In this document: positions 39,101 through 51,100 of the stretch, piece after piece
How the letters are laid out: every line of letters begins with the position of its first letter
Position numbering within the stretch: position 1 is the first letter of the stretch
Origin: Rhina ancylostomus
Taxonomy: Eukaryota
Reading direction: 5' to 3'
NCBI GenBank assembly: GCA_030265395.1
Contig: JARFYF010000036.1
Coordinates: 22,594,386-22,658,385, forward strand
DNA: 64,000 bases
Made by a program: the position numbers and the translations under genes
Notes under the pieces: model-generated
Seen by the model: the letters and a program-made list of their open reading frames with translations, nothing else
What the model was told of the DNA's origin: nothing
Databases searched by the model: none

Positions 39101-42100
39101 TATTGTTTCTGCTCCAATGACACACTCATTGGCCGGGGGAATTTATTATCACTCGTTTGCCTGGAAGTCTTTATTTCAGTTCAGTTCAGGTTCCTCTCCA
39201 CAATATATTTTCCAGTATATCGATTACTATATTGAGTATAAGCAGCAAAGATATTACTTTCTCTTCTACTCTCACTTTCATATGGTCTATCCCTGACTCT
39301 CCCTTCCCTTTCTGGACCTCTCCAAATCCATCTCTGGGGATAGGTTACGGACAAATATCCTTTACAAGTTCACAGACTCCCAAAGTCATTGTGCCGAGAC
39401 TTCCTTCCACCCTGCCTCCTGTCATGACTCCACTCCATTCTCCCAGTTTATCAATTTCCACACAAGAGCTCCAAAGGATCTTCTTTCTTACTGAATCATA
39501 GTATCCACTCTACCAGTTAACATAGCTCTGACCACATCCCATTTATTTCCTGTACCACTGCTCTTACCCCTCCTTTCCCTGAACATCCTCACCTTCCACC
39601 TGCCAACCTCTACATTCAACAGATCATCCTGCACAATTTCCACCTCCAGACTCATCTTCTCCTCCTCTCCTGTTTCAGCATTCTGAAAGGGACCGTTCCC
39701 TTCAGGATTTCCTCATCCACTCCTCAAGTCTCCATTAACCACTCACTTTTTCCCATGCAACCTCACGTGGTGCAACACCTGTTCTTTTACCTTTTCCCTT
39801 CCAACTATCCAGGGACCCAAGCAGTCCTTCCAGGTGATGCAGCAATTCACTTGCACTTCTTCCAATCTAATATACTGCCTTCAGTGATCACAATGTGGTC
39901 TCCTCTAAACTGGAGAAACCCAAACAGAGATTAGGTAACTGCTTGGCCAGCACCTATGCCCAGTCTGCAGGGGCAACTTTGAGCTTTCAGTTACCTGCCA
40001 CTTGATTGTCGATCGCATTCCTACAGTGACCTCTCTGTCGATGTCCTCCTGCACTGTTATAACAAGGAACAAAATAATCCTGAGAAACAGAACCTTATCT
40101 TCCATTTGGGAATGTTGTAGCCTTTCGGACTCAATATCAAACTCTACAACATCTGCATTTTGCAGCTTTCCTGTTCCTTTCCTTGTGTTCTTACCCTCAC
40201 TCAAACTGTCTCATTTCATAGTTTTTGTTTCTTTGTTCATGTTCTCTCCAAAATCCTTCATTAAGTTATCAACCAGATGACTATCTATAGTTTAACCCCA
40301 AGGGGATCCTGGTCTCACTCAATCCCTTTATCCTAACCATCTCTCCCCTACTCTCTCTTTTCTTTGTTTACCAGTTCTGATGACAGGTCTTCAACCTGAA
40401 ACACTTCTCTTTCCACATTTGCTGCCTAACCTACTAAGCTTTTCCAACATTTTCCATTTTTATTTATGGTTATTTCACCCGAACCAGGTGTCCTGAACTG
40501 AGGGCAGCATTTATTGCTGCCTCACAATTCCAGGGACTTGGGTTCAATCCTGATCTCAGGCACAGAGTGTGCAGAGTTTGCACATTCTCTGCATGGCTGC
40601 GTGCACTTCTTCTGGATGCTTCCACTTCTTCCCATGTCTGAAAGAAACGATGGTAGGTTTATTGGTTGCTGTAAATTATCCCTTAGTGTAGGCTAATGAC
40701 AAAAAGAACCTCAGGAGGGTTGACAGGCTTAAGTGAGGTTCAGTTAGCCTCACTTAAGTCAGAGGTTCAAGGAAATAAGGAGAGGAGGAAAATTGGACTG
40801 ATGGGATTAGTGGTCATGGCTTCGGAGTCAGGTGTCACCCATTTACAGTGGAGATATATAGAAGCTTCTCTTCCCAGAGGCTTATGCATCTTTGGAATTA
40901 TCTAGCAGAGATTTGTGAAGGTGGAATGATTGAATATATTGAAGGCTGAGACGGACACGTTTTTCTATTGTAGGGGAGGCAAGATTATCAGTGGGATCAG
41001 GCAGCAAAATGGAATTGAAGCAAAGATCAGAGTAGCCATCATCTTTTTGATGATAACAAAAATACCCCATTATACTCAAATTTTTTAAGAATGATGCAAG
41101 AGCAAAGTGACTTTTCTCAATGAAAAAAGATAGTGAGGGGTTTATGGCAAAAATGTTTAATATTACAAACATTTTAGATAATTTGGATCCAGATAAATTT
41201 ACTGTCACGGACAATATTTTGGTACAAGGAGTCAGATTTGCAATTTAAAGACAACTGAAAAAAGTACAGACCTTTTTACTCAGAGGATGAGTCTCACATT
41301 AAACATTTGGATGACAATGGTCCTCTACCAGGCAATCCCCACCACCTCCCAACAATTAACCCTAGAAAACTGGGATCACTTTTCAAACCTTGGGTGCCAC
41401 CTCTCAATGAAGCCAGACATTGATGATAAAATTCATCAACAATTCCAGTGCACCAGCACAGCCTTTGGCTGCTTGTGGAAAAGTACATTCAAGGCCAAGA
41501 CATCAACTCTGCCACAAAGCTTGCAGTCTACCAGGCAGCTGTGATCTTTGCCCTCTGACACTGACGACTCACAAAAGGTACCTCAAAGCACCAAAGGTGA
41601 CTGAAGAGGCACTTCCAAGGACAATTGCACGAAATCCTTCAAATCTATTAGCAGGATAGAGGAACCAATATTGGCACCCTCTGCAAAGTCAACATCCCCA
41701 TCAAGGATGTGATCACACTCATTGAGCTCTGTTGAGCTGACCACATCAGCTGCACGTTTGCACCAAATCCTGGAACAAACACTCTACTCCAAGCTCTGTC
41801 ATGGCAGGAAACACCCCACAGAATGGAGAATTCACCAAGAATATCCTCAAGCCATCCTTGAAGAGATGCAAAGCCTTACAAAATGAAGGGAATCCCAAGC
41901 TCATGATACTCAAAATGGCAAAGGAGCATCCACGAATGCACAAGGCACTTTGAATCTCTACAGCAGCATGCTGTGCACAAACATTAAAACGAGTATACAC
42001 CTAAACAACTCAACTTTGCAGACAAGTGTGAGGTGTTGCACTTTGGGAGGATAAACCAGGGTAAGACTTATACAGTGAATGGTAGGGCTCAGAGGTGTGC

Positions 42101-45100
42101 GATAGAACAAAAGGACCTGAGAATACAGACCCATAGTTCCTTGAAAGTGGTGCCACAGGTAGACAGGATCATAAAGAGAGCTTTTGGCACTTTAGCCTTC
42201 ATAAATCAGGACGCTGACTACAGGAGTTGGGATGTTATGTTGAAGCTGTACAAGACGCTGGTGAGGTCAAATTTGGAGTATTGTGTGCAGTTCTGGTCAC
42301 CTACCTACAGGAAAGATATCAATATGCTTTAAAGTGTGCAGAGAAAATTTACAAGGATGTTACTGGGACTTAAGGACCCGAGTTATAGGGAAAGGTTGAA
42401 TAGGTTAGGACTTTATTCCCTGGAGTGCATGAGAATGAGGGGAGATCTTATAGAGGAATATAAAATTGAGGGGTATAGATAGGGTGAATGCATGCAGGCT
42501 TTTTCCCCTAAGGTTGGGTGAGACTAGAACTAGAGGACATAGGTTTAGGGTGAAAGGGAATCTGAAGGGGAACTTCTTCACTCAGAGGGTGGTGCAAGTG
42601 TGGAATGAGCTGTCAGCGGAAGTGGTCGATACGGGTTCAATTGTAACATTTATGAGAGGTTTGGATAGGTACATAGATGGGAGGGGTTTGGAGGGATATG
42701 ATTGAGGTGCAGGTAGATAGGACCAGGCAGAAGATCAGGTTGGCATGGACTAGATGGGACTAATGGCCTGTTTCTGTGCTGTAGTACTCTATGCCATCCT
42801 TCGTGGGTCTCATCAGCTTCATTGGAATTCACATAACTGTCTCTTTCCCAACCCAAATGGACCACTTAACATCTTTCATTGATACAAAAAGGCACAACAG
42901 AAAGCAAATCAAGAGCAACCCTTTCAATATACTAGGCAGTGAGTGAGTTAATCAATGATGTTTGGCCCAAATCACTCATCCTCCATTGGGCTTATTGGTC
43001 TTAATAACATGACTGAGAAGGGAATCAGTACTTCTTCATTATGGTATTAAACACATTTGGTATAACACTGCTAATGGACTGTGACAGTAACATACCATGA
43101 TGAATGATGTTATGATCCATTAACTTTTGCATTAGTTTTATGGCTGTTTCCCTGTCAGGTGCTTCTTTATGGTCTATCAACCAATCAGCAAGCTCTTTTG
43201 CAACAAAGCAGTTTGGATAGGTTCGTAGATTATAGCGACGGTCTTTGATTAATTTTCCATCATGCAGACGAAGCCTGATAAATAAAAGAAAGCCACATTA
43301 TAAATAATCCGCAAATTATCTTTTGCTAAGCATCTAATATTATGGCAGAGTTATATTGTACCTTGTCTGAGCTGCCAAATAAATTTTGATCAACATTTTA
43401 TGTTCAAACCACTTCCTTTTACCACAAACAGGAAAAGATATTAGAAGCAATTAGAATAATTGTAGCTTATTTTTAAAAAGAGAAAATCTTGTATTGTTGG
43501 CAAAGCCTTGGTGAGGGAAAATAAAACTTCTCACTAGCAAAAATATTTAGAATCATTTACAAATAACCAAAAGAAACATTAAAATCTCTGAAGTAGCTAA
43601 AAAGTTTCATCATTGATGGAAAGTATTTAAGTTATGCTCTATCCTGTCAATTTATTGAAAGGTTTTATAAATCTGTGGATCAATAGCTTGTAAAAGTTTT
43701 CCAGTGCAATTTAAAAGACACAAAATTCACCCAAAGTATGTGGCTTGTAAAGATTATTATTTAGCTTATTACTTTTTATACTGTCGAGGGAACGAGGGAT
43801 GGGAGCAGATAATTGTAAGTCAGTGAAATTAACAGTGATATAGATAATTGAAAGAAAGTAACAGGATGGATGACAAGATCATTCCAGCTATAAAAAGGCT
43901 CAAAAGACCTCTCAGTGTACCTGCCAAGGCCAAGAGGAGCAACTATAGTAAATGACAGGGAAGAAAATGAAATGAGAATGTACCTGGTGGATATCTGAAT
44001 TTAAAGGCAAATGATGAAGCAGCCTTATCTAATGGCATGAGGCCTCTGCCAGAATATTTATCATATGGTTGGTTCATAATTATTATACAGAATAATCTAC
44101 AAATCTGACAATCATAATTTAAAAGTGAGGAATTCTCTGGAGCTGCATTCAGTGTAAAACACCAAGTTTTTATCCAATCAAATAATTTATTGCAATTTTC
44201 TAAGAAGCGGTTCTAGGCCCAAAATTTTAACTTTTTTTGGATAGACACACTCATTGTACACTTTCAATATTTGTCATAGTGTTGACAATAAACACACATG
44301 ATACTCAAACTATGCAAAAGTTTCTCGAGTAACTCTTCAGGAAAGACATGTATAAACAGGCTTATCCTAGCATAAACGATACAATGTTGTTTTTACACAA
44401 TATTAGTTGAACTGGGACTTGTAACCTTCAGTAATGTATTCAGAAATATATATTTAAACTGCATTTGAAATATCCTGCATTCCTTTCATCCATTTTGAAT
44501 GTCACTGGATTAATTGGATAGAAAAACTGATACACAAGACCAGAGGCAATTGGTCCAAAGACATTTCAACCAGGAACAAAAGAGACTGATCCTAAGTCAG
44601 GGTTCCATGGATAAATAAAATTGGAACCAACTACAATGTTTAAGAAGATGACCTACAGTTGAGCAAAGTTTAAAAAGAGAAGCCAGAAGAAGTATCCAAA
44701 AATGAGAAAAACAGTTAATAAAACCAGAAAAATATAAAAGATAGTATTAAAAAGGCAAGTAGCTGTCTCCACAAACAAAGGCAAGAGTGTTGTCAAAGAA
44801 AACACATGATTCTAGAAAGAAAAAGACACCAATTTGATATTTAACACAATTTTTATTTATGCATTTAAAATGAGGGTGAAAGGGGTGAAGGAGGTCAGAA
44901 AGAGCAAAGTAATGGACTGAAAATGTCAATAGAATGTAAAGTACCAAATTTTGTGGGGAAACAGCAGTAGCTCTGCACAAAATCTTGGCACTTCGCCATA
45001 CAAGTTTTAAGCAGGGTNNNNNNNNNNNNNNNNNATGTGTGACAAACACAGGAGACTGGAACTTGCTGAGCCTCTGGACTCTGATGCTGAACTCCTCATG

Positions 45101-48100
45101 AGGTCCTTCAATGGAGTAGGAAGCATCAATTCCTAGTGCTTGCACTAGGGAATCACTAACATAACCCTCACCAGGTTAGATCTGGCCACAGAGTCATCCA
45201 CAAAAGAGAATGGTCATGGGAAGAATAAGGATGTTATATTAATATTTTAATTGCTTGCGCTTAATTGAATGTTTTAAAATATTTTAAGTATTTCAGGCTC
45301 TTAATGTATTAATAATTTTTCACTTTAATAGTTTAAGCTTTTGTCTTAATGTCAATATTTCTGTTCCTTAATGAGGTTGACTACACAGAATGACTAATTT
45401 GACATGACCAAGCTTTTTTCCACTATTCTTGCTTTGGGTTAAGCAAAGTCCTAAAAATGTTTTGCATTGTTGGATGAGCTGTGGAGTTTAAAGACATAAG
45501 TGCTATACGTATAACAATCTCACTAGATTAAAGCACAAAATTTTGGATGCATACTTTGTCATTCCCTCAAATAAATATATAAAGAATTCTATGGTTTTTA
45601 GAATAAGATCCTCTTTCTTAAATAAAATAATATTTTCTACCTTAATTCATATGTGTTTCAACCTTTAATTTGTTTTTAAATATTCTTCAAGTTTTCAGAC
45701 TCAAAGCTTTTTAATTCTTGATTGCTCATTAGTCAGAATTGTTCAAGCTGCTATCTCAGATCGATGACATCACTATGATAGAACTGTGAAGATCCCTAAC
45801 AAAAGGCAGCAATTCCTGACTGGAAATGAAAAGTCCTTATCATACAGTACAATACACTTTTTTTTAAACAGGTAGATTTCTTTGAAATTATGACGTCCCA
45901 TCTGTAAGATTTGTCATATGTAATAATAGTTGTCAACAATTATTATTGCTTTAAGATTATATTACCTTGAGGATTGTATCACATAACTAACTGCTCACTG
46001 TGATATTGCAGAAGTGTTTCATGTGCAAAGTTTCAGAGTATGCCTGCATCTAGAGAATGCCATGGTAAAAATGTTTTCCTTACTTTATAAGCTGTTCTTT
46101 GATTTTATAAAGTATCCTTGTTGTTTGTTTGAATTGACTACATCTCTTTCACACCGACTGGAAATCACAAGTCAAACATCTGAGAGATCAAGTGGTACAA
46201 ATACACAGATCATTAAAAAATAGATTGACTCCCATGGAAAAAGATCCAAATTTTACATTGTATATTTCAAGAATAGTACATAACTTAGGAGTTAAAATTC
46301 TCACAAAACTGTGACTGGCTCTCTTCCATACACTCAGACCTGTGAAGGTCAACACCAGCAAGGTATGGTTATGACAAATAACTATATATTCAGGACAAGG
46401 TCAATGAAAATCTAATAAAAATGTTCAAAAGTTTGAAACCAGTAGAGAGGGAAATTAGTGAAAGATTATTTCCACAGCTCTGCATCAGTAACAATAAATT
46501 AAGGATTAGTACTGGAAGCATGGAGGGGGGCAAGAAAGTATTTTTCCACCACACCAAGACTGATTAAAGTACTGAATACTTAACACAAGTAGCTATTAAA
46601 GCCAAATCAAAATGGCAATAAGGGAATCCAAATAAATATTAAAACTTGTAGGAATAAAAGTAGAAAAAAAAACAGAATTCAAGTAGAAGATGCAAATGAA
46701 CAAATGTTTTCCCTGATGCTGAAATTTCCATCACTTCACAGATGGTCTAACTTGTATTTACCCACGTATGCACAGAGCTTTCAATGAACCATTAACAGAG
46801 AATGCCATTTCTTCTCAAACATCAACAAAAATTCAACTATGTTCTATCACATCTCTACCTTTATTACTTTGCAGATTGGAGTCTAATACTTTAGTCTATA
46901 CAATGGCTGGTGTAACTTAAAATATGCATTATAACTAACTTAGAGGCATCTGGGAACAACCAGTAAGCTCAGCCTTGTTGGCATTATCCACATCCCAAAA
47001 ACTTATAATTTAATTGATATAGATCTTGAAATCTTGCATCTCCCCTTCAGACATGAGGTACCCCATAGTATGAAAATGTCAGAAAGAGGAGCAGATAAGA
47101 AAATTTTATATCAGGAGAGAAAGTCCAAATTGGAATATCAACTAATTGATTCAAGATGAATTGGCCAGCTACAATGAACTGCCATTCTGTGCACTTACTT
47201 TTTTCCCACATTTTTATCTGGTCTTTTCCAGTATCTTAGATCCTTAAATATTCCTAATTACAACCCACCTCAACAATTCCTACACAGTCAAACAGCATCA
47301 ATGTCCCATAATTGCTGATTTATAGGTGTGGAATTGATGTTAAAACATTTCTTATAAATACCGATTAAAAAGCAATTATTTAACATTTCACGCCTTCTTT
47401 AACCTGCGTTAGTCAAATCTGTATTTTTTGTGGACCTATTTGTTCAGTACAATGGCACAGAACGCTTTTTACTTCAGCTATCTGTATCAATAAATGAAAA
47501 ACAAACCACCTGGTTTGGCAGCAGTTCAGAACATCAGTATTTTGATTCCATTCTCCTCTTAGTCAGCCAGTTTGGTAGCTGAATACAGTCATTATTACAA
47601 ACAAGACTAGTTTATCCCCCAAACATAATGAGGCTAAATTTGCAAAGCTTTATCATCAGTGTAATGCCTTGGAGTAACAAGCATTAGCTATGGAATAGGT
47701 GCTGCAATGTTAATGCACAATTTCATGCTCAGGTTTGTAGCTGACTGGGCACTGGGAACCATGCAAAACTACCATAATTTAAGTTCAGCATATTTCAGAC
47801 TCCATTATGGAGGGAAGTTTATGAAATTTGCTGGACAATTCCTGCTAATGAGAAACAATTAACTTCAAAATGAGCCATGATGTAATGATTAAACAATCCT
47901 TCAGTGGGTCCAGCTAAATTACATACAGTTGAGCAAATTAGCATAATTAGTGAGTGTAAAATAACAGTGTATGTCTATACATAACACCTAAAAGATAGAA
48001 AAATGTCCCCTTTGTGCCTCAGTAAGATGTTATTGAATAAAATTTTACACATAACAAAATGACACTGTGGCCTGAAGTTTCAGGAAGCATTAGCCCACCT

Positions 48101-51100
48101 GAACCGACCACTGAGGTTATCACTTTCTTTATTCGCATGTAGAAGAGTGAATTTGTTTGGTCAGCAAAGCTCTGCACAGAAACAGGGCTTTGCACAACGT
48201 AATTCACCTCAAGGCTAAGCCAAACAAAAAGTTCAAAACTGCTGAAGATTTTGTAGACAGACAAGCAACGCCCCACTTTTACAACCAAGCTGTCAAGTAG
48301 TTTTGAATGTTCCTTCCCTCAAAGTAATTTGCAAGGATTTAAAAATCAAATTTTAAAAATGAGGATTATTAACATTTATGAAAATATCCAAAAACATTTT
48401 AAAACCATTAAAAGCACAATTTTTTTAATGCAACTTCTGATTCTTACTTTTTTCCCTCATTTCTGTAAAATTTCCATTTAAATGAATGGGCTCATGGATC
48501 CTCCACCAGAGTTAACCCCAGTGAACAAGTTTATACTCTCAGAGTGCAGCAAGGAAATCACCAATGGAGCGCAGCTAGTGAGTGTGGGACTTTGCATTTG
48601 TGTGACAGTCCCAAACTTGATAGCACACTTGAAGGAGTAAATACCAGCAGTTCACTGCAATGTCCAGTAATTCCCCAGCAAGTTCTCACCCATTACTTCA
48701 GATAACCAAAAAGCTTGGCAGGTTTTAATAGGTGCTTCAAAGGAGAAAACTAGGTTTACGGAGCTAATTCTGGAGCTATGCAGCAAAAGGAACAATTGCC
48801 CTATTATGCAACTGTAATCATGGTTGCTCAAGAAGACCACCAAGGAGGTAGATTACTGAAGCAAGTTACAGAAATTGGGAAGAGGTGAGACAAGAATGAG
48901 TTTATTTTTGAAATGAAACAAATGTGCCGTACAAGTTAATAGGGTATACAAATAAATAAGAACAGGGATGAGGGCTTTAACAATAGATAAACTAAGGCAG
49001 AGGTGGAACTAAAGGCGGCAATGGAGGTGGAAGCAGATAGTTAACACCAATATAAGGTTCTGACAAACCTATGACATCAAGGTTAGAAATGCCTGGTTCA
49101 GTTTTAAACATTTGCCAGGGAGGAGGATGAAGTTCATTACTGGGGAATGGAGATTGCAGTTAAGTTGAAGATAATGGCTTGGGTTTTTTTAATATTCAGT
49201 TGGGGGTGATTTCTGCTCAACCAATTGTAGAAAAGTAATGTACAAGATAGAGACATTTGAGGGATTATAAAATGGTGGTGAGGTGAGTCATGCAACTCAG
49301 AAAAATGAGGTGGCCAAGGATAAAACCTTTGGAAACTTCAGACATACCAGGTGCAATGTGATAAGAAATCAAACTAGTTGATACGAGGTGACAAGATGGN
49401 NNNNNNNNNCTTCTTGTCTACACCATACTTATAACTGCCTAGCTGCAGTTTTGGAGCACACTTCCCTTTCCAGATTATAAGATCGCTGCCATATTGGACA
49501 CCAGTATTTGGCTGGTTTGTGCATACTTTTCCAAATAAATACTAACATTAAGTTGCAAGACCAACTCAATTTTTTTTTTAAAAAACGCTTATGTAATATG
49601 GAACAAACTAATCTTAATTATAGACAGGTGTTCAATAATATGATGCCTTATCTCTGGGAGACAGTGAATTACAGTTCGAGAGAAATAGTCTTTTATGAAC
49701 CTATCCTTGAGTGCATCCACTGACAGCTTTAAACAGCATTTTCCCCTCTCCACCAACACACTCATTCGATTGGCAGAACTCGTTCTCACACTCAACAATT
49801 TCTCCTTTGGTTCCACTGACTTTCTCCAGATTAAAGACGTAGTGACAGAAACTTTCATGGGCCCTGGCTATGCCTGTGTTTTTGTTCAATACACTCCATG
49901 TTCCAGGTTTATGAGACCAGTCGCCCAATTCTTTCTTTGATACATTGACAATTGCATTGGTATCGCATCCCATACCCATTCCAAACTTGAAAATTTTGCC
50001 ACTTTTGTTGCCAATTTCCACCCTGCTCCCACATTTACATAGTCCATTTCTGACATTTCCCTTCTGGATTGCCCTATCTCCATCTCAGACTAGCCACTGA
50101 CATCTTTGACAAACCCAAAGACTCCCACAGCTACCTTGACTACACATCTTCTTGTCCATCTTTTTGCAAGGATGTCATTAGATACAGGAGCAGAATTAGG
50201 GCATTCAGCCCATCAAGTCTACTCCACCATTCAATCATGGCCGATTTATTTTTCCAACCCTATTCTCCTGTATTCTCTCTGTAACCCTTAAGCTCTTTAC
50301 CAATCTAGAACCTTTAGTCTCTGCCTTAAATACACCCAATGACTTGGCCTGCGCAGCCCCCTATGGCAACAAATTCCACAGATTCACCACCCTATGGCTA
50401 AAGAAATTCCTCCTCATCTGTTTTAATGGGACATCCCTTTATTCTGAGGCTGTGCTCTCAGATCCTAGACTCTCCAAAAAAATGGAAACATCCTCTCCAT
50501 ATCCACTCCAACCAGGTCTTTCAGTAACATTTCAATGAGATCCCCCTCATCCTTTTGAACGCCATTGAGTGCGGGCCCAGAGACATCAAACGCTCCTCAT
50601 ACTTTAAGCCTTTAATTCCTGGGATCATCCTTGTGAACCTCCTCTGGACCGTCTCCAGGGCCAGTACATCCTTCCTCAGTCCCANNNNNNNNNNNNNNNN
50701 NNNNNNNNNNNNNNNNNNNNNNNNNNNNNNNNNNNNNNNNNNNNNNNNNNNNNNNNNNNNNNNNNNNNNNNNNNNNNNNNNNNNCCTCCTCTGGACCGTC
50801 TCCAGGGCCAGTACATCCTTCCTCAGTCCCAAACTCGCTCACAAAATTGCTCAAAATTGCTTACAGTGATGAAGCCTTCTCTCACGCATCTTGTCCTTCC
50901 CAAAATATGGCTTTCCCTCTGCCATAGTGCATTTCCCACAAGTCTCCTCTCACCCACTCTTCCCCGGGACAGAACAAAGAGCAGATACTCACCTCCCACC
51001 CCAGCAGCCTTCACATTCAGCACATCCTCCTTTGTAACTTCCACCAAATCCAACGTGATCCCACCACCAGTCACATCTTTCCCTCTCCTCCCCCTTCTGA

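Larger units (their letters stand above)
38400..41285 (+). mobile_element. Old CR1 remnants interrupted by Penelope and SINE insertions
   Basis: CR1-like 3' ORF2 sequence at 38900-39110 appears to resume at ~40820-41040, and a further fragment lies at 41100-41285. Similar to 42330-42700. Confidence 0.5.

Noticed and set aside
50638-50831. Identical ~46-bp CR1 sequence on both sides of a 100-N gap (also ggtttaac flanking the Ns at ~55043-55052)
   Set aside because: Same scaffolding artefact.
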